This document shows positions 38,362 to 48,327 of a stretch of 64,000 bases of DNA, in pieces. Both the position numbers and the translations under genes were made by a program. The DNA comes from Gemmatimonadales bacterium (GTDB taxonomy: Bacteria > Gemmatimonadota > Gemmatimonadetes > Gemmatimonadales > GWC2-71-9). Numbering within the stretch: the stretch's first letter is position 1; each line of letters opens with the position of its first letter. Under the pieces are notes generated by a model. It was given only the letters and a program-made list of their open reading frames with translations, did no database searches and was not told where the DNA came from. The stretch covers positions 179,167 to 243,166 of the forward strand of contig JBFGJG010000002.1 in the NCBI GenBank assembly GCA_041577295.1, in the 5' to 3' direction.

Positions 38362-39711
38362 CTATTTCCCTACACAGAACGTGGCAAATACGCGGTCGAG
38401 CACATCCTCGGACGTCACCACCCCAATAACGTCTTCGAGGGCGGTGATCCCTGCTCGGAGGTGCGTCGCGGCGATCGCTCCCTCCAAGCCATCGGCGCGT
38501 GCGACTGAAAACGCCTCGGTTTCGTCGAGTGCCCGCTGTAGAGCGTGTCGGTGACGCTCACGTGTGACGAGTGGCTCCACGTCGTGCGTTCGTGCGAGGC
38601 GGGAGAACGCCACCGCCGCCATCTGCTTTCTGAGTTCCACCAGTCCTTGTCCGGTGTGAGCTGACACCGTCACCTCGGGCACATCGGTCCGCGAGAGGGC
38701 TTTCGGCCCGAGATCGGCTTTGGTGTGCACGACGATCACGGGTGCGGTGACCGCCGTTAGAAAGGCCTGCTCCTCCTCGCCTGGCTCGCTGCCCGCCTCG
38801 ACGCAAAAGAGCACGAGATCAGCCGAGGACAGATAGCGAAGACTCACTTCCACACCGATGCGCTCGACCGTGTCGCTGCTCTCGCGGAGCCCCGCAGTGT
38901 CGATCAAGCGAAAGGGGAATCCATCACAGGTCGCCGGCGCTTCGATCGCGTCGCGGGTTGTGCCAGGGATATGCGTCACGATGGCTCGCTCGCTGCCTAG
39001 GAGCGCATTGAACAGCGATGACTTACCTGCGTTTGGGCGCCCCGCGATGACGGCGATAGCCCCTTCGCGCAACCGTTCGCCTTCAGCCGCGGTGCCGAGG
39101 AGTTCGACCAACTCTCGCCGCACGGTGCTTGTGGCACGCGCCACCTGCTCGGGGGGTACGGGTCCGCTGTCCTCTTCCGGAAAATCAATCTCGTACGATA
39201 CGAGGGCCTCGAGCTCCAGTACGTGCTCACGAAGGATCGCAATCCGCTGTGAGAGCCCGCGTTCGAGTTGGTGAAGCGCGGCGCGGCGTTGCGCCGGCGC
39301 GGTGGAGTCGATCAGATCGCCGACCGCCTCCGCTTGCAGCAAATCCATCTTCCCGTTGAGGAGCGCACGGCGGGTAAACTCCCCCGGGGTCGCCTGCCGC
39401 GCTCCAGCTGCGAGCAACGCACTCAGCACGGCCACGGGCAGCAGCAGCCCCCCATGGGTAGAAATCTCTACGACATTCTGTCCGGTATACGAATGCGGAG
39501 CCTGATAAACGACATAGAGCACCTCATCCAGCAACTCGGCGCTTTCGGGATGGCGCACGCTCGCGAGCCGTGCCGTACGAAACGGCTCGACCCGAAATGG
39601 CTCGAGCACCGCTGCGGCTATCTCGTGTGCATTGTCCCCGGATAGACGAACGAGGGCGAGAGCGGATCGGCCGGGTGGAGTGGCGAGGGCGGCGATGACG
39701 TCAGTGAGCAT
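38362..39711 (-). CDS. mnmE: tRNA modification GTPase MnmE
   Basis: IAALATPPG, GRPNAGKSSL, GTTRD, DTAG, terminal FCVGK. Confidence 0.98.
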   Translation of the reverse strand: MLTDVIAALATPPGRSALALVRLSGDNAHEIAAAVLEPFRVEPFRTARLASVRHPESAELLDEVLYVVYQAPHSYTGQNVVEISTHGGLLLPVAVLSALLAAGARQATPGEFTRRALLNGKMDLLQAEAVGDLIDSTAPAQRRAALHQLERGLSQRIAILREHVLELEALVSYEIDFPEEDSGPVPPEQVARATSTVRRELVELLGTAAEGERLREGAIAVIAGRPNAGKSSLFNALLGSERAIVTHIPGTTRDAIEAPATCDGFPFRLIDTAGLRESSDTVERIGVEVSLRYLSSADLVLFCVEAGSEPGEEEQAFLTAVTAPVIVVHTKADLGPKALSRTDVPEVTVSAHTGQGLVELRKQMAAVAFSRLARTHDVEPLVTRERHRHALQRALDETEAFSVARADGLEGAIAATHLRAGITALEDVIGVVTSEDVLDRVFATFCVGK

Positions 39712-39734
39712 TGAGCCGCGCGTTGAGCGATGGA

Positions 39735-41408
39735 TTACTTTTTCTTTGACTGGTGCCGCTGCTTCTCTTTTGCGATCAGCCATTGCTGTGGTATGCTCGC
39801 AATGTTGCTCACCGCGTAATACAAGTTGAGCCCCGAGGAAAAGTTGAGAAACAGGACAGTCAACACCACGGGCATCACATACGTAATCATTTTAGTCTGT
39901 GGGTTGGGCGGGATCCCCATCTGACCGATTTTGGATACCCCGAACATCGAGAGCCCCATAACCACCGGAATAATGAATAACGGATCGGCTCGCGAGAGAT
40001 CCGGTAACCAGAGAAACGGCACGCCACGGAACTCGATCGTCTCGCGGAAGACAAAGAACAAAGCGAACAGCACCGGCATGGGGATCAGCATCGGGAGACA
40101 GCCGCCAAGCGGGTTCACCTGGTGCTCCTTGTACAACTTCATCATCTCCTGCTGGAGCTTCGGTGCGTCGTTCTTATAGCGCTCTTGTAGCGCCTTCAAC
40201 TCGGGCTGGACCGCCTACATCGCAATGCTGGAGCGCATCGCTTTTTGATTGAGGGGCCACAGCACCACCCGCACCGCCAGACCAAACAGAATGAGTACCC
40301 ATCCGTAGGCGAGGTTCAGGTTCTCGTGCATCCAGATGAGCACCCAGACGATGGCGCCGGCAAACGGCCGAATCACCGGCCGGAAAATCCAACCATAGGG
40401 GTTGATGTCGTTGAACTCGTGTCCGATTCGGTTGAGCCGGTGGTACTCCTGCGGGCCCGCGTACACCGAGTATGAAAACACGCCACCAGGGGCGGCCAGC
40501 GAGACGTCCACGAATGTGCGAACCGCATGCTTGCCGGAAGGGAGGCCTCCCTCGGCCACCGCACCGCCGAACCGCGTCTGATTCTGGTCCACGGCCATGA
40601 CAGCGACGGCGAAGTACTTCGACTTCACAGCGACCCACTCGAACGGACCCGAGAGCTCCCGCCGCTCCCCAAAATCCAGCGAACCGAACTTCAGGCTCTC
40701 GGTCTTGTTGGCTTTGGTCACCACGGCGTATGCGCGAAAATCTTCGACGCTGTCTGCTTCGACCAAAGCAATGCGCGGCCCGAGACCAATAAACAACAGC
40801 CCCCGAGTGGCAATCTCCGAGAAGTTGCCCCGCACATCGAAGACGTAATGATCGGGTCGAAATTCATATTCGAGCCGTACCGTGGCACCACCCCGCTCGG
40901 CAACCCATGACAGGACAGTGGCAGAATCTCGCACCTCGAGAGCGGTAGTCGACGGTTGAAACCGCCAATCAGCGAGTGAGACCGTGTCATCACCCATAAC
41001 CAGGCGCGTTCGCAGAAACTGCGACGTGTCCGGAATGATCTGGGCGATACCTGAATCGCCGGGGGCATACGACCGATAGTTCTTGAGCACCGCCTGCACT
41101 AGGCGACCACCACGGCTCGAAAACACGAAACGATAGAGCGGTGAGTCGACGGTGACGAGTTGAGCTGGTTGTGAGTCAGGACCCGCCGGTGGGAGCGGGG
41201 CGGTGTCCGGCGTGACCGCGGGGGGCTTACGAGCCGAAGTGTCCGGCAGAGCGACCGGTGGAACGCGGGCGATTGTGTCTGCCACTTGCGTGACACTGTC
41301 CGCACCCGAGCCAGTGGGCCGCGGGCTTGGCTTCGGTGCGAAGAAGAGCGAGGGAAGAATCGCGACGATCAACATCAGGCCGATCGCCAGCAATGTGCGT
41401 CGTTCCAT
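39735..41408 (-). CDS. yidC: membrane protein insertase YidC, interrupted by in-frame TAG at 40215-40217
   Basis: Track ORFs 40215..41408 and 39735..40199 share a frame; junction reads SSIAM*AVQPELKALQERYK; GCLPMLIPMP and GLNLYY motifs follow. Confidence 0.93.
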
Positions 41409-41417
41409 ATCAGCAGG

Positions 41418-41657
41418 TCATGGCACGGGATCGTGCCCGCCGGCATGAAACGGATGACACCTGAGTATCCGTCGCATCGCGAGCCACCCGCCCTTGAGCG
41501 CACCGTAGCGGTTCACCGCTTCCAAAGCGTAACTCGAGCATGTCGGATGGTAGCGGCACGGTGAAGGCAGCGGCGAGGCTGCCACCTGATAGGCGCGGAT
41601 CAATCCGGCGACGACGCGGCGGGGAACGCGGCCTACGTTCTGAGCCAATCTTGCCAT
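41418..41657 (-). CDS. yidD: membrane protein insertion efficiency factor
   Basis: [11 protein letters not shown]...ILRCHPF..GGHDPVP. Confidence 0.95.
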   Translation of the reverse strand: MARLAQNVGRVPRRVVAGLIRAYQVAASPLPSPCRYHPTCSSYALEAVNRYGALKGGWLAMRRILRCHPFHAGGHDPVP

Positions 41658-41977
41658 CCGCCGAATTCGGCTGCCAGCCGGTGGAAATCGGCGTTATACG
41701 CTCGACTGCGCGACCGGATGACGAGGTCCATAGACGTCAGGTGCGGTAGGAGTTGGCGGCGGGCGAGTTCACGGAGCCTGCGCCGCAAGCGGTTACGCTG
41801 CACAATCGTGGCGCCGTGTCTTGGGATGACGAGACCGATCCGGGGGTGTCCGCGCTCGTTGGGGAGCCAAGCAAAGTCGAGAAGCGGTGTCCGACGGTGC
41901 TTGCCCAGCCGCAACACCGCAGTGATCTCCGCTGTCCGGTTGAGTCGCCAGCTCCGTGGGAGCCGCTCGCTGCTCAA
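41633..41977 (-). CDS. rnpA: ribonuclease P protein component
   Basis: RIGLVIPR...[15 protein letters not shown] motif; TTG start overlaps rpmH stop; position between rpmH and yidD. Confidence 0.92.
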   Translation of the reverse strand: MSSERLPRSWRLNRTAEITAVLRLGKHRRTPLLDFAWLPNERGHPRIGLVIPRHGATIVQRNRLRRRLRELARRQLLPHLTSMDLVIRSRSRAYNADFHRLAAEFGGWQDWLRT

Positions 41978-42135
41978 CGCCCTCCGTGTTTGGACGGTAA
42001 CTGGACGGCAAGCCGCTTCCGGCCCTTTTTGCGTCGCCGATTGAGGATTGCACGTCCCCAACGTGTTTGCATCCGTGCCCGGAACCCATGCTTACTCGAA
42101 CGCCGCTTGTTGCGCGGCCGATATGTCGGCTTCAT
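41974..42135 (-). CDS. rpmH: 50S ribosomal protein L34 (absent from ORF track)
   Basis: [53 protein letters not shown]. Confidence 0.97.
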   Translation of the reverse strand: MKPTYRPRNKRRSSKHGFRARMQTRWGRAILNRRRKKGRKRLAVQLPSKHGGR

Positions 42136-42210
42136 ACGTAACTCTCGCTACACGCTGTGCTTGTGGGGGAGGAAAGCTAGTTGCGATGTCCGAGTGGGGT
42201 CAAGGTTGAC

Positions 42211-42219
42211 TTTTCCACA
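42211..42219 (+). promoter_or_regulatory. DnaA box in dnaA promoter region
   Basis: TTTTCCACA adjoining a TTGACT -35-like hexamer. Confidence 0.7.
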
Positions 42220-42279
42220 CGGGTGCGGTACGTTCGGTCGCCCTTTCGAACCACCTACCCGTTGACAACACAATCGCTG

Positions 42280-43662
42280 ATGGAGTTGTCTGCCAAAGAC
42301 GCATGGGCACGTCTCCTCGAAGCTGCACGGCATGAACTCCCTGACGCCACCGTTCGAACCTGGCTCGAGCCCGTTGAAGCGATCGTTTTTCGCGACGGAA
42401 GGTTGGTTCTCGGTGCGCCTGATCAATTCGCCGTCGAATGGAACCAGTCCAAGCACTGTCCAACCCTGACCCGTCTGGCCGGCGACGCGCTCGGCGCTTC
42501 ACTTGAGATTGTTTTTCAGGTGCAAGAAGAACGCGCACGTCGGCCGCAGATGGATTTTTTCGTTGCCCCTCCACCGGGGGCCAAGAGTGGTCCGCCCGTC
42601 GGATCCACTCGGCCACTCAACGAGCGGTATTCATTCAAGACGTTTGTCATCGGGAAATCCAATGAGCTCGCCGCGGCTGCCGCCCACGCGGTCGCCGAGG
42701 CCCCTGGCAAGACGTACAATCCCCTCTTCATTTATGGAGCGACCGGCCTAGGAAAAACTCACCTCATGCAAGCCATCGCGCATGCCGTGCTCGAACGGGA
42801 CGGCGGGAACCGCGTGGTCTACATGGGGGCCGAGCAGTTCATCAATGAGGTGATCGAGAGCATCCACAGCCGTACGATGGCGGAGTTCCGCAAGCGGTAC
42901 CGCACCGAGGTGGACATCTTCCTGGTCGACGACGTGCACTTCCTGGAGGGCAAGGAGATGACCCAGGAAGAGTTCTTTCACACGTTCAACGCCCTACATG
43001 AAGCCGGAAAGCAAATCGTGCTCACGTCGGACCGCGCACCAAAGGAAATCCCGGGTCTCGAGTCGCGTCTCGTGAGTCGGTTCGAGTGGGGGATGGTCGC
43101 CGACATCGGGCAGCCAGACCTAGAGCACCGCATTGCCATCCTGCGGAAGAAGGCGGAGCAAGATCATCTCGAGCTGACGATTCCGGACGATGTCCTGCGC
43201 TTCATCGCCGAGCACGTCCGCAGCTCCGTCCGCGAACTCGAAGGCTGCATCATCAAACTGCTCTTGTACGCCTCGCTGAAACACCGTGAGGTCACCATCG
43301 ACCTCGCTCGAGAAGCGTTGGCCGATAAGATAAAGCAAGCAGAGTTGACCCGCGGGGACAGCGAACCGACACTGCCGACAGTGGACCGTGTGCAAGAAGT
43401 AGTTGCCCGGCGGTGGGGTGTAACACCAGAAGGGCTCCGGTCGAAGGCACGGACCAAGACCCTGACGGCCCCTCGACAGGTTGCAATGTTTCTCGCACGG
43501 GAACTACTCGGGATGCAGCTCGTGGAGATCGGTCAGGCGTTTGGCGGGCGAGATCATTCCACGGTCATTCACAGCCTGGACAAGGTACAACGGGAAATGG
43601 CCCGCGACCGTCGGTTCCGTGACCGTGTTGATCTGGCGCGAAAGGAGCTCGCCACCAGGTAG
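42280..43662 (+). CDS. dnaA: chromosomal replication initiator DnaA
   Basis: YNPLFIYGATGLGKTHL, QEEFFHTFN, RLVSRFEWG, VRELEG, GGRDHSTVIH. Confidence 0.99.
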   Translation: MELSAKDAWARLLEAARHELPDATVRTWLEPVEAIVFRDGRLVLGAPDQFAVEWNQSKHCPTLTRLAGDALGASLEIVFQVQEERARRPQMDFFVAPPPGAKSGPPVGSTRPLNERYSFKTFVIGKSNELAAAAAHAVAEAPGKTYNPLFIYGATGLGKTHLMQAIAHAVLERDGGNRVVYMGAEQFINEVIESIHSRTMAEFRKRYRTEVDIFLVDDVHFLEGKEMTQEEFFHTFNALHEAGKQIVLTSDRAPKEIPGLESRLVSRFEWGMVADIGQPDLEHRIAILRKKAEQDHLELTIPDDVLRFIAEHVRSSVRELEGCIIKLLLYASLKHREVTIDLAREALADKIKQAELTRGDSEPTLPTVDRVQEVVARRWGVTPEGLRSKARTKTLTAPRQVAMFLARELLGMQLVEIGQAFGGRDHSTVIHSLDKVQREMARDRRFRDRVDLARKELATR

Positions 43663-43894
43663 AAAATGTGGAGTGAACCTGTGGACGGTATGTGAGAAGC
43701 GTGAAAGGACGCGGCTGTTCCACTAGCATTCCACGCCTATCACCACGAGATTCACACGGCAAAATGCCCTAACAGCAACGCAACAGAAGGGTTGCAGCAT
43801 TTGTCCAGATATCCAGACACCCTACTAGCACTACTATAGTTTTATAAATAGAGTAGGAGTAGGTAGTTCTTTCCACGATACGAGATAGCGAGCT
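43663..43894. other. replication origin oriC (dnaA-dnaN intergenic)
   Basis: Degenerate DnaA boxes 43667-43758; tandem boxes TTGTCCAGA/ATATCCAGA 43801-43817, DnaA-trios CTACTAGCACTACTA 43822-43836, then AT-rich TTTTATAAATA. Confidence 0.9.
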
Positions 43895-45001
43895 ATGAAG
43901 TTCACCATAACCCGGGAGCGGCTCCACGAGGGCCTGACGGCGGTGGCGGCGAGCGTGCCGACCAAGACAACCTTACCGGTTCTGTCGAACATCCTGGTCG
44001 ATGCGACCGGTGACTTGATTCGGCTGGCGGGGACCGACTTGGATACGGCGGTTACGACGGCGGTGCCGGGAGAAGTGGATGACGAGGGCGCCGTCACGCT
44101 GCCCGCACGAAAACTCCTGGAAATCGTTCGGGAACTCCCGAGCGCGGCAATCAGGGTGACCAGCTCGGGTGAGCAGCGGGTCAGTCTCGAGTGTGGCCGG
44201 TCCCGCTTTAAGCTGCTCGGCATCCCCAAGGACGAGTTCCCCAGCTTCCCACCGGTGAGCTTCGAGCAGAGCTGGTCCGTGGCTTCCACCGACCTACAGA
44301 AGCTGGTGCACCATGTGTCGTTCGCCGCGTCCACCGAGGAGAGCCGACCGATTCTCAATGGCGTCCTCTGGGAGCAGCGGGGAGATCGGATGCGGATGGT
44401 CGCAACCAATGGACACCGCTTGGCAAAGATGGACGTCCCCATCTCCGGCGGTGGGACCGACGACTTCATCGTTCCGCCCCGTGCGCTCGAGCAGGTTCGA
44501 CGCCTCTTTGGGCCGTCTGACGAGGTGGAGATTGCGAAATCGGACAACCACCTGGGCTTTCGCGGAGGGTCTACCCAGGTTTACACGCGGTTGATTGAGG
44601 GACCATACCCCAACTACGAGCAGGTCATTCCGCGCGAAAACGACAAGTCCGCCACCGTGGACAAAGAGGCGCTCTCCGCCGCCCTACGGCGCGTCGGTGT
44701 AGTTGCGAGCGATCAGACTCATCGGGTGCGTCTCGCCTTCACCAGCGCGGTGCTCAAGTTCAGCGTGAGCACGCCCGATCTCGGAGACGCGCAGGACGAG
44801 ATCGCCGTGACGTACGACGGTGACGCGCTGGAAATCGGCTTCAACGCCAACTACCTGCTGGAAGTCTTGAAGTACATGCCCACCGACGAGGTACGATTCA
44901 CGTTCAGTGCCCCCGAGCGGGCTGCAACGATCGAGCCGGTGGGTTGGGATGACTCCGCTTCGTACCTCTGCTTGGTAATGCCCCTGCGGCTGGTGGACTG
45001 A
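43895..45001 (+). CDS. dnaN: DNA polymerase III beta sliding clamp
   Basis: LPVLSNIL, SRPILNGV, VATNGHRL, RLIEGPYPNY, IGFNANYL, VMPLR. Confidence 0.99.
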   Translation: MKFTITRERLHEGLTAVAASVPTKTTLPVLSNILVDATGDLIRLAGTDLDTAVTTAVPGEVDDEGAVTLPARKLLEIVRELPSAAIRVTSSGEQRVSLECGRSRFKLLGIPKDEFPSFPPVSFEQSWSVASTDLQKLVHHVSFAASTEESRPILNGVLWEQRGDRMRMVATNGHRLAKMDVPISGGGTDDFIVPPRALEQVRRLFGPSDEVEIAKSDNHLGFRGGSTQVYTRLIEGPYPNYEQVIPRENDKSATVDKEALSAALRRVGVVASDQTHRVRLAFTSAVLKFSVSTPDLGDAQDEIAVTYDGDALEIGFNANYLLEVLKYMPTDEVRFTFSAPERAATIEPVGWDDSASYLCLVMPLRLVD

Positions 45002-45010
45002 GTCCCTCGG

Positions 45011-45835
45011 TCAGCGACGTTGCGACAGCTGGCGAATCGCCAACCCCGTGAGGCTCACGCGTTCGACGCCATCGGATCGGGCACCTGAGGTAACCGCCAC
45101 GACGCGGTAGGGTCCGCCCACGCTCAAACCCACGGCCCAGCGATCAACCGACAGATCACCGCCGAGGTCGAATGTCGCGACGGCGCCAACCGGGAGCCGA
45201 GTACGAGTGACGAACTCGGCGCCGATGCGGTATGAAGCATCGTACCCGGATTCAATCAAGCGTTCGTTGATACGGACTTCGCCGGCCACCTGTAGCATTG
45301 GGGGTAGAATGAGCCATCCGCCGCCAACGCCAAACGTCACGGGGAGCTCGACCGATCGAACGATGGGCCGACCGACGTTGAGTAACACCACGCCCAACTC
45401 AATGCGGGGAAGGGGGTAGTACCGGAAACCGAGGTCCAGCCCTCGTTGGGTTATTTCAGTATTGTAGAAAGTGAACGCTGCTCCAACCGCCCCGTCTCGA
45501 AACGGGAGCGCTGCCCCAAGCCGGAATGCCTGGTTGTTTTCGCCGTCCGGGAGCCGATCTCGCTGGTAAGCAACCGAGATGCCGCGTGAGGTGAACCCCA
45601 CCGTCCACTGCGCCAGCCGGACATCACTGGTCTCTTGCTCGCTGAACGCGAGTTCCGCCATGATCGATGAGGTGGGAGTGGTGGCCGGGCCTGCCGGGTT
45701 GATCCAGATAGAGCGCGCGTCGCTCGCGGTCGCCAAAAACAGATAGTCGGTGGAACGTGGCGGAACGAACTGGGCAGATAACGCGGTGGTGAAAAGCACC
45801 GCGAATGAGAGAAGAGCAGCGCTGGCTCGGAGCAC
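45011..45835 (-). CDS. putative outer-membrane beta-barrel protein
   Basis: Signal peptide, DARSIWINPAG (NPA motif of FadL/PorV-like barrels), alternating beta strands. Confidence 0.7.
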   Translation of the reverse strand: MLRASAALLSFAVLFTTALSAQFVPPRSTDYLFLATASDARSIWINPAGPATTPTSSIMAELAFSEQETSDVRLAQWTVGFTSRGISVAYQRDRLPDGENNQAFRLGAALPFRDGAVGAAFTFYNTEITQRGLDLGFRYYPLPRIELGVVLLNVGRPIVRSVELPVTFGVGGGWLILPPMLQVAGEVRINERLIESGYDASYRIGAEFVTRTRLPVGAVATFDLGGDLSVDRWAVGLSVGGPYRVVAVTSGARSDGVERVSLTGLAIRQLSQRR

Positions 45836-46672
45836 TTATTGGACGATGGTGAGGGAGTCGGTGCGGGTCTGCGTAATCGGAATGGACGTGCCCATCAAGG
45901 GCAAGTGCACGGTCGAATGTAAGGTGTCGGTGGAGGTGAGGCCGAGAAAACGACCATCCGACGCGACGTAGCGGTTGGCTCGCTCGGTACCGGACCCCTC
46001 GAGGGTGTACGATTGTCCGGTCTCAATGCCAGATCCCTCGAGCGTGTAATCCGACACGGTCACGATGTGAAGAGCACGCTCGCCTCCCCACTCGTTCCAC
46101 CCCACGATCTCGTGACGGTTGATGGAGTGAATCAGCAGGGCACGGTCGCGCATCCCCGCGTTTGTCTCCGCTGTATCCGCCCACTCAACGCCTGGAAGAG
46201 CTCCGCCGGGCGGCAGGCGTGGGAAGAACCCCTGCATCTGCAATTCCAGTTGATCGAGCAGCTCCGTCTCGAGGTCACTGCCCTCGAATGCGCGCACGGT
46301 ACCAACGTTGGTAAGCAGCGTCGTGAAGCTGGCTCCCTGCACCCGTTCGGCTTCCTTGAGAGGCAGCCCGACGAGATAAGGCACCGAATCGATACGCAGT
46401 GTGGCTTGTAGGCCCTCGGGCACTTCGATGATGTCGGTGCTGAGATAGTAGTCGATGGCCAGAGTGGTCGCCGTTTTTTGGCCGTTGAACTCCTGCTCTA
46501 CGTGACGCCGTGTCGCCGCACGATACGTTGCGGCATACGGCCGATACGTCACGACGCTCGGCACCACGGGCGCCGCCGACACGGGTATTGGCGGCGCTCC
46601 GAGCGTTGCACCACCCGGCCCGCCACACGCCGCTAGTGCCACGAGCGCCAGGACGGCGTTGCGTAGGATCAT
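45836..46672 (-). CDS. hypothetical lipoprotein
   Basis: LAAC lipobox; beta-rich body. Confidence 0.8.
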   Translation of the reverse strand: MILRNAVLALVALAACGGPGGATLGAPPIPVSAAPVVPSVVTYRPYAATYRAATRRHVEQEFNGQKTATTLAIDYYLSTDIIEVPEGLQATLRIDSVPYLVGLPLKEAERVQGASFTTLLTNVGTVRAFEGSDLETELLDQLELQMQGFFPRLPPGGALPGVEWADTAETNAGMRDRALLIHSINRHEIVGWNEWGGERALHIVTVSDYTLEGSGIETGQSYTLEGSGTERANRYVASDGRFLGLTSTDTLHSTVHLPLMGTSIPITQTRTDSLTIVQ

Positions 46673-46905
46673 CCTGCTTCACGCCTTTCGAGTAGCTCGG
46701 CTCGCGTTCTTCCAAAAACGGCCACCATCTCACTTCCTTCCGAAGTCACCTGCAGCAGCTTCCAACCCTTGCGCTGCATGTCACCCCGCCAGCCGATGAG
46801 CTTTTGCCATCGCTCCGACGTTGTTCGAAACACTCGCAGTTCGGCAACATCTTCCCAGCTCGGTGGATACGGCCGCCGGCGGGCTGGATCTTCGTTTGCT
46901 CGCAT
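46669..46905 (-). CDS. small hypothetical protein
   Basis: 78 aa; ATGA overlap with downstream gene; KGWKLLQV...VAVFGR. Confidence 0.7.
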   Translation of the reverse strand: MRANEDPARRRPYPPSWEDVAELRVFRTTSERWQKLIGWRGDMQRKGWKLLQVTSEGSEMVAVFGRTRAELLERREAG

Positions 46906-46961
46906 CCTCGGGGTAGGTGTGGACCGCGGGTATCATACCCGGCTGAAGGGGATGAGGCCAG

Positions 46962-47320
46962 GGGTGGTGGTGCCGTAAGCCGAGTTCTGTTCGAGCGCGA
47001 TGCTCGGACGGTCATCTCTCTAGGATGATGGTCACCCACCATCTCAAGCGGCCTACCCGCGGTTCTGCCGGTCCGGGCCGGACCTCACCGCCTATTTGGC
47101 CTTGCTCCGACTGGGGGTTGCCGTGCCACGCACTGTTGCCAGGCGTGCGGTGGGCTCTTACCCCACCTTTTCACCCTTACCCGCAGAGCGGGCGGTATGT
47201 TTTCTGTGGCCCTTTCCATCGCCTCGCGGCGCCCAGGCGTTACCTGGCAGTCTGCCCTGTGGAGCTCGGACTTTCCTCGATCCGGTGGCACCGGATCGCG
47301 ACCGTCACGCGCCACCACCC
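46962..47320 (-). ncRNA. rnpB: RNase P RNA (type A); ends approximate
   Basis: Minus strand GAGGAAAGTCCGAGCT, AGGGTGAAAAGGTGGGGTAAGAGCCCACCG, GGAGCAAGGCCAAATAGG, ACAGAACTCGGCTTAC; paired termini. Confidence 0.97.
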
Positions 47321-47431
47321 AACGTTAAAAATAGCTGGGAATCCATCGCTGTTGAACCCGCAGCGCGTCGTTTGAGATGCGGTTGATGCACAACCGGTAC
47401 GATGTGGCCCGACTTTGAGGAGTCTTGGTTC

Positions 47432-48292
47432 ATGACGTCGGTGCGAGGCATCGCCACCGTCGCTACGGTGATCGAAAAACGCGAGCGACCACGCCTCGAT
47501 GCGGCTGCGGATGGGAGGTTCTCCCCGCTTCATGTCGAGTCGGTGCGGGATGCACTGCAAACGGTGCGCGAGCGCCCAGTGCGTCTGGTGTTGGTCTCAC
47601 CCCGTTGCATTCGCAACAACGAACTCGACGGAGTCGCGGAACTCGTGCGCGCGTTTCCGGGGATCCCAACCGTGGCGGTCGTGTCTCATCATGATGCGCA
47701 GTCGAGTGAGCGCCTCCTGGAGCTCGGCGCACAAGGGGTGCGACGGCTCTTCGACCTGAGTAGGCGTGACGGGTGGCATCGCTTGCGGGAGCTGGTTTCC
47801 CAGCCAACAACGCCTACCGGTGCGCGAATCCTGGCCACGGTCCTTCCCGCAATCGGGGATACCACCCCCGATTGCCGTCGATTCTTCGAGCTGCTCGTTC
47901 GGGTAGCGCCGGGCACCAGTACTGTACGCGCGGTGACCCAACAAATTGGCGTTCGGCCGAGCACATTCATGTCTCGCTTCTTCCGAGCGGGTATCCCATC
48001 ACCCAAGCGGTACCTGGCCGCGATCCGTCTCGTCTATGCGGCAGGTCTCATGGAATCGCCTGGTTTTTCGATTGCGGATGTCGCATACCAACTCGAGTTC
48101 TCCTCACCGCAGAGCTTTGGGCGTCATCTGCGCACCGCAATGGGGATTACCGCAGGTGAGTTCCGACATCGATTTCCGTTCGCCATCGCGATCGACGACT
48201 TCGTCGCCAGATTCATCCTTCCCTTCCGACACGCACTCCGCTCGTTTCATCCACTCGAAAATGGGGTGGAAAGACCTGGACATAAGGCGTGA
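47432..48292 (+). CDS. AraC-family regulator with receiver-like N-terminal domain
   Basis: C-terminal SIADVAYQLEFSSPQSFGRHL...GITAGEFR; GAGGAG RBS. Confidence 0.9.
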   Translation: MTSVRGIATVATVIEKRERPRLDAAADGRFSPLHVESVRDALQTVRERPVRLVLVSPRCIRNNELDGVAELVRAFPGIPTVAVVSHHDAQSSERLLELGAQGVRRLFDLSRRDGWHRLRELVSQPTTPTGARILATVLPAIGDTTPDCRRFFELLVRVAPGTSTVRAVTQQIGVRPSTFMSRFFRAGIPSPKRYLAAIRLVYAAGLMESPGFSIADVAYQLEFSSPQSFGRHLRTAMGITAGEFRHRFPFAIAIDDFVARFILPFRHALRSFHPLENGVERPGHKA

Positions 48293-48327
48293 GATGCTGT
48301 TGGGAGGGAAGGCGCCGCGGCGGCGTG

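Noticed and set aside
39735..41408. Genome-wide TAG reassignment
   Set aside because: TAG ends full-length genes normally (dnaA, mnmE, pruA, the chemoreceptor at 8139); no other interrupted gene seen.
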